Source of the DNA: a bacterium
Lineage (GTDB): Bacteria; SAR324; JACQKK01
Direction: 5' to 3'
Length of the DNA stretch: 64,000 nt
Assembly (NCBI GenBank): GCA_035266845.1
Contig: DATFMP010000077.1
Location: 809 to 64,808 of the forward strand
Part shown: positions 38,188 to 49,121 of the stretch, piece after piece
Numbering within the stretch: the stretch's first letter is position 1
Layout of the letters: each line of letters opens with the position of its first letter
The notes under the pieces: model-generated
Seen by the model: the letters and a program-made list of their open reading frames with translations, nothing else
Database searches by the model: none
Told to the model about the DNA's origin: nothing
Position numbers and translations under genes: made by a program

Positions 38188-41100
38188 CTACCCCGGCTTG
38201 CGGAACGCCGGCGGCGCGTAGAGTGCCGCCTGCCCACCCACCGGCTGGCCCACCAGGGCATTGCGGAGCAGCCACTGCTCGGATGCGGGCACCTCGGCCA
38301 GGAACTGCACCAGCCCGCCTTCCTGCGTGGCGACCGGCACACCATCGCGATACAGCACGCGGTTGCCCGCCAGGGCCGCGACGCGCCGTCCCGGCGTGAG
38401 GATGCCCATCAGGTTCAGTGGATCGGCTGCGCTGAGGCTCACCAGTGCGCCCGTGTGCCCCTGGCGGCGCACCTCGCGCAGACTGCCCACCGCCTCCGGT
38501 AGCGCGTACTGCTCGCCGGCCATGCCGTTCACGAAGCGCCCGCCGCGGATCTCCCCGCGCGCCTCCAGACGCCGGTACACGCGCAGCAGATCGCGCCAAT
38601 GCGGGGCCTGCCCCTCGCGTTCCAGCAGGCGCCGCACCACCACGCCATAGCGGCGCAGCAGCACCCAGGCGAAGGCCTCCACGGCCTCGGCCGTGCGTGG
38701 CTCCTCGGCGGCAGTCCCCGGCGTGTGCACCAGCGACCAGCGCCCGGCGCCCTCCGTGGAGAACGCGGCCAACCCGGCGCGTCGACCCTGCACCGGTGCG
38801 CGCTTGCGTGCCGGCTTCAGCAGCGCCCGCAGCCCCGCGAAGCTGTCCGCGGTGACCAAGCCCTGGGCCACCAGCTCGCCCAGCGCCGCCTCCAGTTGCG
38901 TGGGCAACAGGCCCGTGCCGTCCACCAGTTCGGAGAAGAAAAGCGCGCCACGTGCGGCCAGGCAATCCCGCACGGCAGCGGCCTGCCCGGAGAGCCGCGG
39001 CTCCGCCGGCTCGCCCGGCTCGCCGTAAAGTTGCTGCCATAGCGCCAGGTTGCGCCGCGCCAGCAGAGCCACGGGTGTGGAGGCCACCGGCCCGCCCCGG
39101 CGCACGCGCGACTCCGCCCCGGCCCCGGTGGTGGGAGGCGAAAGGCGCGCCCATGCCACGCGGCCCATCGAGCACAGACGGTCCAGCCACTCTCGGTCAT
39201 AGCTGCCCACACGCACCGCCAGCAATTCGCTCTCCCATGCGCTCGCCGGCGCCTGGAAGCCCTCCAGCAGCTCGATCACCCCCGCCAGCCCGTCCAGCCC
39301 GTCGGCGCGGGTGCGCGGCTCCACGCGCTGCCACGCAAACAGGAAGCGCATGAAGTCCGCCGGGCTGACCGGCTCGATCTCCCGGCGCAGGCGGTTCAGC
39401 GTGTAGCGATGGATGCGCGCCAGCAGCCCGCGCTCGCACCACTCCTCCTCCGCACAGCCGGGCGTGAAGCGCCCACGCAGCACGAATCCCTCGCCTTCCA
39501 GCGCCAGCAGGGCCGCATCCACCTGGCGTGGGGTCAGGTGCAGCAGCGCCGCCAGAGCCTGGGCCGTCACGGGGCCGCTGGCCTCCAGCCGTGCTCGCAG
39601 CAGCTCCACAGCCGCTTCCTCCGGCGTCCAGTCCCGCGCCACAGCCGCGGGCGGCTCGATGGCGGGCTCCAGGTGCGCGCCGGGATATAGCGCGCGCAGG
39701 GCGGGCAGCCACTCGGCGGCCACCCAGAAGCGGCCGCGCTGCGCTGTGGCAGGCGTCAGCACGGCTGCACGGCCCTCCTGGCCCAGTTGCGCCAGCAACA
39801 GCGGCCAGCCGGTCTGGGCAGGGCCGCCGTCCGCAGCCACGTCATCGCCCACGGCACCGGCCAGGCCCTCGTCTTCGGCGAGTGCTCCCAGCAGCATCAG
39901 CGCGTCGTGCAACTCGTCGGCGCTGCCCACCACGGGCCAAGCCTCGGCGCGCACGCGGGCGATAGCGTCGGGATCGAGCGCGGCGAGGTTCGCGGCGGTC
40001 TCGGGGTTCAGCCAGCGGCGGCTCTGAACAGCCTGGGTGCGGCGCTCCTCCAGCGGCGCATCGTCCAGGAACGCATAGGGCTTGGCATTGAGGATGGCCT
40101 GCGCGAGCGGCGAGGGCTCGGCCAGGTCGCGCGCGATCAGCTCCAGCTCGCCCGCCTCCATGGCCCGCAGCAGACGCTCCAGGCCTTCCACGTCCATGGC
40201 TTCTTCCAGGCAGTCGCGCAGGGTCTGGTGCACCAGGGGGTGATCGGGAATCTCCCGATCGCCCACGATGTTCTCCAGGCACGCCTGCTGGTCGGGAAAC
40301 ACCAGCGCCAGCAGGTCGTCCGAGCGCATCCGTTGCAGCGGCGCCGGCACCTTGCGTCCGCCGATGCGCCGCAGCACGGCCAGCGCGCGGTTGGCGTTGT
40401 GCCGCCAGCGCACCGTGAACAGCGGTGCATCCAGCAGCGCCTGCGTGAGCACCTGCCGCGCCGAGGCGCTGTGCAGGTAGCGGAACACGTCCGCCAGCGG
40501 GAAGCTGTGGGTGGGGCCCAGCGAGAGCACGATGGCATCCTCGATGGCCGCCGCCTGCAGCTCAAAGTTGAACGTGCGGCAGAAGCGCTTGCGCAAGGCC
40601 AAGCCCCAGGCCCGGTTGAGCCGGCTGCCGAAGGGCGAGTGGATCACGAGCTGCATCCCGCCGCCTTCGTCGAAGAAGCGCTCGGCGATGATGGTGTGCT
40701 GCGTGGGCAGCGCCCCCAGCGCCGCGCGTCCCGCGGCAAGGTACTCCGCAAGCTGCAGGGCCGCTCCCGGCTCCAGGCCCACGGTCTCCACCAGCCAGCG
40801 CACCGCCGGGTCGTCCTCGTGCACGAAGTGCGCGACAGGTACCGCCGGCGTGCTGCCGTCGGCGCCAGCCCCGTCGCCCTCGCCGGGCAGCCCTAGCGCT
40901 TGCTGCACGCCCGACCCCAGTAGGGGCACAGGCCGGGCGGGCGGCGCTTCGCCTTCCGGCGGGGGCGGACCCAGCCGCTCGGCCACCTGCTCGCGGATGC
41001 GGGAGGCGGCCGCCGAGAGCTCATCGGTGCGTCCAGGCGCCTCGCCCAGCCAGAAGGGGATGTTGGGCGGCTGGCCTTGGGCATCCTCCACGCGCACGCG

Positions 41101-42789
41101 GCCCGGCTCCACGCGCACGATGCGCCAGGAGCTGTTGCCCAACTGGAAGATGTCGCCGGCCATGCTCTCCACGGCGAAATCCTCTTCCACCTGGCCGATG
41201 CGGATATCCTCCGGCTCCAGCACCACATCGTACTGGGCCGTTTCCGGGATGGCCCCGCCGGAAACGATCGCCGCGTGGCGCGCATTGCGCCGCCCCCGCA
41301 GGCGGTCGTTCACCGCATCGTGGTGCAGGTAGGCGCCGGCGCGGCCCCGGCCCGTCTTGAAGCCCTTGGCCAGCAGGTCCACCACGGCATCGAACTCGGC
41401 CCGCTCCAGCCCGCGGTAGGGCCAAGCTTGGCGCAACAGCCGGAACAGCTCGGCCCCGCTCCATTCCTCGCAGGCGGTCGCGGCGACGATTTGCTGGGCC
41501 AGGATGTCCAGCGGCTTGTCCGGCATGCGGATGCGGTCCAGCTCGCCCCGCTGCACGGCATCCAGCAGCGCGGCGCAATCCACCAGCTCGTCGCGCGTGA
41601 GCGGAAACAGGCGCCCCTTGGGCAGTCCCACCAGGGTGTGCCCGGAGCGCCCCACGCGCTGCAGGAAGGCCGCGATGGACTTGGTGGCCCCAAGCTGACA
41701 GACGAGGTCGATCGTCCCCACGTCAATGCCCAACTCCAGCGAGGCCGTGGCCACCAGTGCCCGCAGTCGGCCCGCCTTGAGCCGCTGCTCGGCATCCAGG
41801 CGCTGCTCGCGGGCCATGCTGCCGTGGTGCGCGGTCACGTTGCCCTCGCCCAGGCGCTCGCTGAGGTGGCGCGCCACGCGCTCCGCCAGGCGCCGCGTGT
41901 TGACGAACACCAGCGTGGTACGGTGCTGCTCGATCAGGTCTGCCAGCCGCCCATAGACCTCCGTCCACACCTCGCCGGACATCACGGTATCGAGCGGAGA
42001 CGAGGGCAGCTCGATGGCGATGTCGCGCTTGCGCACGTGGCCCGTGTCCACGATGGTGCAGGCCGGCGCGGTGGCGGGTGTGCCGCCGGCATCCCCGGCG
42101 CCCACCAGGAAGTGCGCCACATCCCCGATAGGTTTCTGGGTGGCGGAAAGGCCGATGCGCAGCAGGCCCGAGCCACCCCGGCTGCGCACCAGGTGCTCCA
42201 GACGCTCCAGGCTGAGGGACAGGTGCGAGCCGCGCTTGTCGCCCACCAAGGCATGAATCTCGTCCACGATGGCCGTGCGCACCGTGGACAGCAGTTCGCG
42301 TCCGCGCTCGCTGGTGAGCAGGATGAAGAACGACTCGGGCGTCGTAACCAGGATGTGCGGCGGATGCTTGAGCATCGCGGCGCGCTCGCTGGCTGGGGTA
42401 TCCCCCGTGCGCAGCAGCACGCGAATCTCGGGACGCGGCAAGCCCTCGGCCGCCAGCGCCTCGCGGATGCCCTCCAGTGGCTCCTGCAGATTCTTCTGGA
42501 TATCCGCGCTAAGCGCCTTGAGCGGGGAGACGTAGAGCACCCGCGTGGCCGTCTCCAACCGCCCGGCCAGCGCGTCCTGGGTCAGCTCGTCGATGGCCGC
42601 GAGGAAGGCCGCCAGCGTCTTGCCGGAGCCGGTGGGCGCGGCGATCAGCGTGTGCCGGCGGGCGCGGATGGCTGGCCAGCCCTGCTGCTGGGGCTCCGTG
42701 GGGTCACCGTAGCGCTGCCGGAACCAGCGTGCGACCGCGGGGTGAAACAACGCCAGTGCGTCCGGAGCGGGTGCTTGCGAGGCGTCCAT
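38188..42789 (-). CDS. lhr: ATP-dependent helicase Lhr (large helicase-related protein, DEAH-box SF2 + Lhr C-terminal domains)
   Basis: 1533 aa from ATG 42789. Motif [18 protein letters not shown] (VDEIHAL), and the Lhr-specific C-terminal region. Confidence 0.9.
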   Translation of the reverse strand: MDASQAPAPDALALFHPAVARWFRQRYGDPTEPQQQGWPAIRARRHTLIAAPTGSGKTLAAFLAAIDELTQDALAGRLETATRVLYVSPLKALSADIQKNLQEPLEGIREALAAEGLPRPEIRVLLRTGDTPASERAAMLKHPPHILVTTPESFFILLTSERGRELLSTVRTAIVDEIHALVGDKRGSHLSLSLERLEHLVRSRGGSGLLRIGLSATQKPIGDVAHFLVGAGDAGGTPATAPACTIVDTGHVRKRDIAIELPSSPLDTVMSGEVWTEVYGRLADLIEQHRTTLVFVNTRRLAERVARHLSERLGEGNVTAHHGSMAREQRLDAEQRLKAGRLRALVATASLELGIDVGTIDLVCQLGATKSIAAFLQRVGRSGHTLVGLPKGRLFPLTRDELVDCAALLDAVQRGELDRIRMPDKPLDILAQQIVAATACEEWSGAELFRLLRQAWPYRGLERAEFDAVVDLLAKGFKTGRGRAGAYLHHDAVNDRLRGRRNARHAAIVSGGAIPETAQYDVVLEPEDIRIGQVEEDFAVESMAGDIFQLGNSSWRIVRVEPGRVRVEDAQGQPPNIPFWLGEAPGRTDELSAAASRIREQVAERLGPPPPEGEAPPARPVPLLGSGVQQALGLPGEGDGAGADGSTPAVPVAHFVHEDDPAVRWLVETVGLEPGAALQLAEYLAAGRAALGALPTQHTIIAERFFDEGGGMQLVIHSPFGSRLNRAWGLALRKRFCRTFNFELQAAAIEDAIVLSLGPTHSFPLADVFRYLHSASARQVLTQALLDAPLFTVRWRHNANRALAVLRRIGGRKVPAPLQRMRSDDLLALVFPDQQACLENIVGDREIPDHPLVHQTLRDCLEEAMDVEGLERLLRAMEAGELELIARDLAEPSPLAQAILNAKPYAFLDDAPLEERRTQAVQSRRWLNPETAANLAALDPDAIARVRAEAWPVVGSADELHDALMLLGALAEDEGLAGAVGDDVAADGGPAQTGWPLLLAQLGQEGRAAVLTPATAQRGRFWVAAEWLPALRALYPGAHLEPAIEPPAAVARDWTPEEAAVELLRARLEASGPVTAQALAALLHLTPRQVDAALLALEGEGFVLRGRFTPGCAEEEWCERGLLARIHRYTLNRLRREIEPVSPADFMRFLFAWQRVEPRTRADGLDGLAGVIELLEGFQAPASAWESELLAVRVGSYDREWLDRLCSMGRVAWARLSPPTTGAGAESRVRRGGPVASTPVALLARRNLALWQQLYGEPGEPAEPRLSGQAAAVRDCLAARGALFFSELVDGTGLLPTQLEAALGELVAQGLVTADSFAGLRALLKPARKRAPVQGRRAGLAAFSTEGAGRWSLVHTPGTAAEEPRTAEAVEAFAWVLLRRYGVVVRRLLEREGQAPHWRDLLRVYRRLEARGEIRGGRFVNGMAGEQYALPEAVGSLREVRRQGHTGALVSLSAADPLNLMGILTPGRRVAALAGNRVLYRDGVPVATQEGGLVQFLAEVPASEQWLLRNALVGQPVGGQAALYAPPAFRKPG

Positions 42790-42966
42790 GGCTTCTCGGC
42801 GTCTGCTCAACGCGCATGCGCGGGGGGCCGGGAAACTGCCGCGGGCCTCCCTGGCCGCGTCGCCCTCCCAGAACCACCAACCTGCCATGCCCGCTGGGGA
42901 AACGCCAGAGCCAACGGAATTTTGTTTGCCTGACCAGGTAGAGCGCCCACTCGGGCAGACCAGCCA

Positions 42967-43728
42967 CTACATCACGGACTGCAGCCGAGCCAGGATGTCG
43001 TCAATGCGCTCCGGCGTGCTGAATACGAGCGGCATTCGTACGCGATAGCCCTCCGCCCGCACCACTTCGCCCAGGTCGAACGCGCTGCCGTCCACGTAGC
43101 GCTCGGTGAAGCCCTGGGCGCGCGTCATGGGCAGTGCCGCCGCGAGGTCCCACAGGTGGATACGCCCGCAGATCATCGCCTCCGCGCGGCCCATCGCCAG
43201 CGACACCAAGTGGTACAGGGCGCTGCCGAACACGCGCAGCTTGACGTGCCGTAGCGGTGCGAAGGACTGCAGCCAGCGGTGCAGCGAGGAATCGATCAGG
43301 TAATTGTGTGTGTCCTGCACGTCGGGTTCGCGTAGGGGCGCAACTGGCCGACCGTTGAACGCAAACTGCACGCCGTCGAAGGTGTAGGTCTCATCCAGGG
43401 CGGGGAAGCGCAGATAGCCCTGCCGCGCCTGGTCCCCCTCCAGCAGGCCGATGCCGAGGCCCCACACGGGATAGCCCCGGGCGAACGACGCCGTGCCGTC
43501 CAGGGGATCCACCACCCATTTCCAACGCGCCTGCGGCAGGAAGGCCTGCGCCTCCTCCTCGGAGATCACCCCGAAGTCCGGCGTGTGGGCCTGGAGCGCC
43601 TCGACCACGAGCCGCGAGGTGTCGCGGTCCACCGCCGTGACAGTCGTTCCATCTGCCTTGGTCTCGGCTTGGATGCGGCGGAACGCACCCAACGACGCGG
43701 CGTCATAGCGCCGGAACAACTCCGCCAT
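42967..43728 (-). CDS. inositol monophosphatase / CysQ-family phosphatase
   Basis: WVVDPLDGTASF (the DPLDGT motif) and the WDxAA motif (IHLWDLAAALPM). ATG at 43728. Confidence 0.75.
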   Translation of the reverse strand: MAELFRRYDAASLGAFRRIQAETKADGTTVTAVDRDTSRLVVEALQAHTPDFGVISEEEAQAFLPQARWKWVVDPLDGTASFARGYPVWGLGIGLLEGDQARQGYLRFPALDETYTFDGVQFAFNGRPVAPLREPDVQDTHNYLIDSSLHRWLQSFAPLRHVKLRVFGSALYHLVSLAMGRAEAMICGRIHLWDLAAALPMTRAQGFTERYVDGSAFDLGEVVRAEGYRVRMPLVFSTPERIDDILARLQSVM

Positions 43729-43845
43729 CAAGGCATCGTGGGGGGAAGACAAGGCGGCTCGGCTGCAGGCGGGAGCGGAGGATCGGCGGGGCATGGCCGG
43801 ACGGGGCGCCACAGCGCCCCGTCCCCACTGGATAACGGCAGGAAT

Positions 43846-45645
43846 CTAGCGATTGCCGCGATACGCCTTTGGATACTCCGGATAGCGGTAGGTCGGCGTC
43901 GCGGGAATGCGGAACTTCTGCTTGGGATAGATCAGGTCCGGGTTCCTGATCTGATCCTTGTTCTCCATGAAGATGCTCGGCCAGTTGAGCGGGTCCGCAT
44001 ACTCCTTCTGGCTGATGAACCACAGCGTATCGCCGCGGCGCACTGTATGCGTGCCCTTGATGGCCACGGGCGCAGGTGCCGTGCCGGGCCCCTGGGCCGT
44101 TGCCGCCGTCCCCGGCGCACCGGCGGCACCTGGCTGCGTGCCCGCTTGGCCGGCGGCACCCGGCTGGCCCGCCTGTCCGGCCGTACCCATCTGGCCTGCC
44201 GCGCCCGGCTGGCCGGGCTGACCTTGCTGCTGGGTCCCATACTCGGAGGGCACCTGGGTCGTGCCCGCACCGCCCGCCGTGGTCGTTTCCTGCGGGCCAC
44301 TCCGCGAGACGAGGAACCAGATCAGCGCCCCCAGGATAATCAGCGCCAGAATCGCCGCGGCGATGATGGGAGCAGGATTCGGCTGGCGCCGTACCGTGCG
44401 GCGGGTGGCCGCGCCACCAGCGCCGGCACCTGCGCCCGCGGCACCTGCCGCGGCCGCTTCCTCTTCGGTGCGCAGGGTTGGGCCACCGCCCTCACCCGCA
44501 CCGGCTCCAACTGCTCGCGGCGCGCCGGCTGCCGCAGCCGCGCCCGCCGCGCCAGGGGCCTCGCCTGCACGAGTCGCCGTGGCCGTACTTGTGCCGCCAC
44601 CCGTGCCTGCACCGGGCCGTGCCCTCACGGTGGCACCACCGGTGGCGCCCTGCGGCGGACCGCCCCGGCCCGCCAGTTGGCGCGCCGCGAGCACGGAAGC
44701 CGCCCGCGAGCCGCCCGCTTCAGGCGTAGCGCCAGGGTGGCCAGTCACCTCATCACGCCGGCGATCGGCGACGGAGCGCGCGCTCTCCCGCGCCCCCGCA
44801 CCTGGGCCCCGGGTGGCCAGAATCTCTTCCGTGCGGCTGACGCCCGCCCCACGGCCGCGGGTGACATCGGCTTGCCGGCCGCCCACCCCACCAGCCCCTC
44901 GCGATTGGCGAATCGCTTCCATGCGGCCGAGACCGCTGCCAATCGGCGCCGCGCCCGCCTCGGCGCGCGTACCGGGCACCGTGCCGGCTTGGTCCCGGGC
45001 CCGATCGCGCATGGCCGCCACGCGGTCGCGCACGTGCTCGGTGACCTCGGTGGCGAGGTTCTGCATGCGGCTGGCCTCATCGAAGGCCTCGGAGCGGGCC
45101 CGGGCCTGTCCCGCGGCGGCCGAGGCCGCCCGCGCGCCCAGAATGGTGGCCACGGCTTCGCTGCCCACGGGGCCCTCGCCGGCGCCACCGTGCTCGGCAA
45201 GGTAGTCGATGACCCGCGCCTCGAGCATGATCCGGTTCTGGGCCAAGTGCGTCACATTCGTGATGCGGAAGGCATCGTAGAGGGCCAGATCCTGTCCCGG
45301 CGTGAGCCCATCCAGGACATGCACGGGCGCTTCCGGCAGTTCGCCGATGTGCTTGGTCTGGTCCGCCTCGCGGATGTGGAAGTTCAACTGACGTTGCCGC
45401 CCGGCCTCGGCCACGGTCTGCCCAAGCACGTCGCCGCCCTCCAGCACCGTTTCCTGCACGCCCAGCGCATCCACGAAGGGCCCCATCTGAGCCAGATCCT
45501 TCACCGTGGCGACGTTGAAGTAGCGCTGAAGCAGGTCGCTCTGGATATCCCCCACCCCTTGGAAGCAGGTCACGGGGGATTCGAGCAACTGGGCTACGGT
45601 GTAGTCTCTGTACTCGTCCCGGACTTCATATTCCAGCGCTGCCAT
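43846..45645 (-). CDS. bitopic membrane protein: N-terminal cytoplasmic domain with tandem HhH-like motifs, Ala/Gly/Arg-rich linker, one TM helix, collagen-like G-X-Y repeats, C-terminal LysM domain
   Basis: TM IIAAAILALIILGALIWFLV. Repeats GQPGQPGAAGQMGTAGQAGQPGAAGQAG. LysM HTVRRGDTLWFISQKEYADPLNWPSIFMENKDQIRNPDLIYPKQKFRIP. N-terminal HhH-like segments LLESPVTCFQGVGDIQSDLL and LDGLTPGQDLALYDAFRITNV. Confidence 0.7.
   Translation of the reverse strand: MAALEYEVRDEYRDYTVAQLLESPVTCFQGVGDIQSDLLQRYFNVATVKDLAQMGPFVDALGVQETVLEGGDVLGQTVAEAGRQRQLNFHIREADQTKHIGELPEAPVHVLDGLTPGQDLALYDAFRITNVTHLAQNRIMLEARVIDYLAEHGGAGEGPVGSEAVATILGARAASAAAGQARARSEAFDEASRMQNLATEVTEHVRDRVAAMRDRARDQAGTVPGTRAEAGAAPIGSGLGRMEAIRQSRGAGGVGGRQADVTRGRGAGVSRTEEILATRGPGAGARESARSVADRRRDEVTGHPGATPEAGGSRAASVLAARQLAGRGGPPQGATGGATVRARPGAGTGGGTSTATATRAGEAPGAAGAAAAAGAPRAVGAGAGEGGGPTLRTEEEAAAAGAAGAGAGAGGAATRRTVRRQPNPAPIIAAAILALIILGALIWFLVSRSGPQETTTAGGAGTTQVPSEYGTQQQGQPGQPGAAGQMGTAGQAGQPGAAGQAGTQPGAAGAPGTAATAQGPGTAPAPVAIKGTHTVRRGDTLWFISQKEYADPLNWPSIFMENKDQIRNPDLIYPKQKFRIPATPTYRYPEYPKAYRGNR
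44070..44235 (-). repeat. imperfect ~30-nt tandem repeats encoding the collagen-like (G-Q-P/G-A-A) segment
   Basis: Units on the plus strand: GGCGGCACC(T/C)GGCTG..CCCGC(C)TG(G/T)CCGGCC repeated about 4-5 times. A potential slippage/expansion locus inside the LysM-protein gene. Confidence 0.4.
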
Positions 45646-46057
45646 GAGTTCTTCTCCCAGTCATCAAGGGCCACGAGCGCCTGCACCGGTCGCCGCGGAC
45701 GGCTGTACCGACGCGCCAGTTGCGTGACCTGCCTCCTCTTGTGGCATGCGGACGCACGCGCCCCATGCCCGAGCCGTTCCCCCTCGTGCCATTCTTAACA
45801 TCGTGCGACTGGGCCGCTTGATGCCGGCCGAGTCGCATCCCATGCCCGCCGGCTTGTGCGCCGCGGAGTGAGATTCCTTCCTGATATGAAGGATTTAGCC
45901 TGTTTGCGGGGCCGATGCAATAAAAGAGTCAGATTTTTTCCGCGCGCTTGGGGTAACGCCTGGGCCAAAGCGCCCGGCCGCTGGGCATCCCCAGCCCTCT
46001 GACCGGCGCGCCATTCGGGTGGGCGCGCCCCCCTCATCCGCCACATCGAGAAGTCCT

Positions 46058-47455
46058 TCAGGCGGGCGCATCTGGTGTCAGCAGGAGGCTGTCGAGGTAC
46101 CCGAAGCCGGCGGAGACCCCCCCTTCGGTGACATCGTGGCCCTTGGTGCGCACCAGGTAGCCCGCATCGGTATTGAGCAACTCGCGCTCGCCATCCGCCA
46201 AGTACACGCCGAAACGCCCGATCTCGCTCACGCCTTCCACGGTCTGGGGCTGGCGCTCGCGCACCAACACGGCCACATGACGGGCGGGCCTGATGCGCTC
46301 CATCAGCACGTAGGCGGGGCGCTCCTCGGGGGGTAAAGTATTCAGCCTGGCCACGAGTTCCGCGTCAAAGGCATTGTGCCCTCCGCCTTCGCGCTGGGGT
46401 TTGAGTACGAACTCCGTGGGCCGGGCGCGCGCGAGTTCCCATGCCGGCAGGTCGCCCTGTGGCGTGCGGACCGGCTGCTCCAGCGCATACTGCGCGGCGA
46501 AGCAGCCCGGCACGGCCTGTGCCTCGGAGGACGCAAGGAAACGACCCAGCACGGCCGGGTCGGTCAACACCTGCTGCACCTTCTTGGCGCCGGCGAGCTG
46601 CGTGTGCAGATCCGGCACGCTGATCGCCGAGGACGCCTCGATTAGTGCTCGGGCGCGAAAGGCGTCCTCACTGGGGAAATCCTCCGGGCCATAGGCGGCA
46701 CGGAAATAGGCGATGGCCATCACCTCGCCGTCCACAACCAAGTGTCCCTCGCGCAGACGGCCGCTGCGCGCAATGGCCTCCAGCGGGAGGCGACGCGTGA
46801 TGAGTCCCCGCCCGCGCAGGGCTGCCTCCAGCAGGCGCTGATCGAACACGTTGGCCTCCCCGGGCTGCACGATCATCAGCACGCGCGCATCCGGGTGCCC
46901 ATAGGCCTTCCAGGCCTGAGCGAAGCCATCCGCGATGGCGGGCAGGGGATCGTTCGGCACCACCCGCGCCTCCAGTGGCGTGCCGAGCAGCAGGTAGCGG
47001 TGCAGCCGCGCCACCAGCGGCGAAAGGCCGGGGTAGCTCGCGGAGATCGTGTTCAGCTCTACCTGCCGCAGCGCGGGCTTCACCTCCGGCGTGGGCTGGT
47101 GCACGAAGTAGTCGCTGCGCGTGACGGCCAGGAATAGCGAGCGCTGACCGCGGCCTTCGCGTGCCATAGCCAGCAGCCGCGCCGTGAAGGGGTCCACGCG
47201 CGCCGCCGAGGCTAGGGCCTCTTCCAGGAACGCCACATCCCGAGCTACGGCATGGACCAGCCGGCCAAACGGCGCCGTAAGCGCCACCATCTGTGCGTGC
47301 AGCGCGGACGGCAGCGGACTGGGGGTCAGCGCAAAGGGGGCGTGGGCGAGCGTGCCTTGCGGAGTGTACTTGAGCAGCCCCTGCAGCAGGGCGTAATCAA
47401 CCGCTTCGTCAAGGCGGTCCGCCAGGGCGGCCAGTACGTCGCGGTCAGTTGACAC
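46058..47455 (-). CDS. eukaryotic-type glutathione synthetase (GSH_synth_ATP / eu-GS family, ATP-grasp)
   Basis: FVLKPQREGGGHNAF matches the eu-GS signature (LKPQREGGGNN). 465 aa. GTG start at 47455, overlapping the upstream HD-GYP stop by 11 nt. Confidence 0.75.
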   Translation of the reverse strand: MSTDRDVLAALADRLDEAVDYALLQGLLKYTPQGTLAHAPFALTPSPLPSALHAQMVALTAPFGRLVHAVARDVAFLEEALASAARVDPFTARLLAMAREGRGQRSLFLAVTRSDYFVHQPTPEVKPALRQVELNTISASYPGLSPLVARLHRYLLLGTPLEARVVPNDPLPAIADGFAQAWKAYGHPDARVLMIVQPGEANVFDQRLLEAALRGRGLITRRLPLEAIARSGRLREGHLVVDGEVMAIAYFRAAYGPEDFPSEDAFRARALIEASSAISVPDLHTQLAGAKKVQQVLTDPAVLGRFLASSEAQAVPGCFAAQYALEQPVRTPQGDLPAWELARARPTEFVLKPQREGGGHNAFDAELVARLNTLPPEERPAYVLMERIRPARHVAVLVRERQPQTVEGVSEIGRFGVYLADGERELLNTDAGYLVRTKGHDVTEGGVSAGFGYLDSLLLTPDAPA

Positions 47456-48848
47456 GGATGGATTGGAAGATCCGGTAGGCTTGGTCTTCGGACTCGCTGT
47501 AGTGGTCGTAGTGGTCCACCACCTCAGTGACCGTGATGTCCGGCTCCAGCATCAGGTCGAGCAGCGTGTGTGCAGAGAGCAGCTCACCGTTCGCGTTCTC
47601 CACAATGGCCACGATCGGGCGCTCGGGGTGCTCGTCCGGCCCCACGGACATGACGAAGCCCAGGTCACCCGTGGAGAGCTTGAGCAGCGATCCCACGGGG
47701 TAGCGCCCCATGCTCTTGATGAAGTAGCCGAGCATGCGCTCGTCGAACTCGGAGCCCTGCAGGCTCAACAGGTATTCGATCGCCTTGCCGGGCACCCAGT
47801 TCTTCTTATAGCGCCGCTTGCCGATCAGCGCCTGGTAGACGTCCGTGATCGCCGCCAGCCGCGTGAGGGGCAGGATCTGCGCGTAATCCACGTCCGGATA
47901 GCTGTTCAACAACGTGTTGTCCCGCTTCACGTGGTGGAAGGCGGCCACGTTGATGGTGGGCTCCGGCATGCCCATCTCGCTCAGGATGCGCGCCCCATAC
48001 GTCGTATGGTTGCGCATGATGGTCATCTCTTTGCTGTCCGGCGCATAGCGCTCGGTGCTCTCCAGAATATCCTTGGGCACCTCGCTCTTGCCGATATCGT
48101 GCATGAAGCCCGAGACGAGGGCGAAGCGGCTGTTGGCCTCCGTGGTCTTCTTTCCCGTGCGCTGGAGAATGTCAACGTAGCATTCCTGCAGAATGACGGA
48201 CATATCCGTGCAGTGCGCGTAGGTCTGGTCGCTGCTGCGCAGCCCCGCGATGGCCTTCATGGCCGGTGACGAGCCCTGTTTGAGGATGTCGTCCACCACG
48301 GCCTCCACGCCCTTGGACGAGAACTTGCCCACGCGGCCGTTGTCCAGCATCTCCTCGACCAGGTTGGAGGCCTTGTCGCGACTCTCGTTGGCCGAACTGA
48401 CCGTCTCGATGAACTTGCGGATCTCCTCTCGCTTGACCGTGTGGCGCTTGCGGGCCTTCTCGGAGCCCACGGCGATGGACTCCTCCACAACGTCCTTGGT
48501 GGGTGTCCGCACGGCGGGGGAGCCGGAATCGTGCACCACCTTGAACTCGAGCAGGCCGTGCTGCTCCAGGAAGTGCGCCGAGCCGGACTCCACCTTTGAC
48601 GACTTCAGCGTGGACGGGATGTTGATGATGCTCTGCAGGGGGTCGAAGGGACTCAGCTCCTCCACGGGCGCCGTTCGCGTGCCGTCCTCGCCCACCAGCA
48701 CCGCCGTAGCGCCCTTGAACGTGGACTTGAGGAACTTGACGTGCTCCTCATCCAGCGACGCGTAATCGAACGACAGTTCGGTGATCTCTTCGATCGTCAT
48801 GCCCGGCTGCAGTTCGGTGACTCGGACCTTGCGTGAGGACTGGGCCAT
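47445..48848 (-). CDS. HD-GYP-domain protein (putative c-di-GMP phosphodiesterase; GYP reads SYP) with ~230-aa N-terminal domain of unknown function
   Basis: HD motif FMHDIGKSEV, HH (AAFHHVKRD), then LLNSYPDVDY where GYP is expected. The protein is Lys/Ser/Glu-rich and lower in GC than its neighbours. ATG 48848. Confidence 0.8.
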   Translation of the reverse strand: MAQSSRKVRVTELQPGMTIEEITELSFDYASLDEEHVKFLKSTFKGATAVLVGEDGTRTAPVEELSPFDPLQSIINIPSTLKSSKVESGSAHFLEQHGLLEFKVVHDSGSPAVRTPTKDVVEESIAVGSEKARKRHTVKREEIRKFIETVSSANESRDKASNLVEEMLDNGRVGKFSSKGVEAVVDDILKQGSSPAMKAIAGLRSSDQTYAHCTDMSVILQECYVDILQRTGKKTTEANSRFALVSGFMHDIGKSEVPKDILESTERYAPDSKEMTIMRNHTTYGARILSEMGMPEPTINVAAFHHVKRDNTLLNSYPDVDYAQILPLTRLAAITDVYQALIGKRRYKKNWVPGKAIEYLLSLQGSEFDERMLGYFIKSMGRYPVGSLLKLSTGDLGFVMSVGPDEHPERPIVAIVENANGELLSAHTLLDLMLEPDITVTEVVDHYDHYSESEDQAYRIFQSIRVN

Positions 48849-49121
48849 CTCGTCTCGAATGGTGAACGCACCTCGTGGCGGCACAGCGAGACAGGCCGCC
48901 GGGGTGCGGAGGAGCAGGCGACCCCACGGCAGCGGCGCGCGCGCCGCAGGCTCCGTGCGAACCGTGTCTATCTAGTTAGCATCCGGCTTCGGCCCGTGCA
49001 ATCGCCGGGCAGGCCTGCCTGGGGTCCCCGCCAGACGCCGATGGAGAGCGCACGAACTATGGAAGGGCGCCGCCCAGCCCGCCCCAGCGTCCGCGCCGGG
49101 GCGCGAGACGCTGCGGTCCCA

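Noticed and set aside
38117-42933. Multiple 130-620-aa ORFs in both orientations inside the Lhr helicase region
   Set aside because: All overlap a single 1533-aa minus-strand helicase with complete SF2 motif order. The alternatives are Pro/Arg/Ala-rich with no motifs.
43585-45798. 737-aa plus-strand ORF antisense to the IMPase and LysM-protein genes
   Set aside because: The repeat-rich antisense frame of the Gly/Ala-rich linker. The sense strand encodes TM + LysM with a verified ATG.
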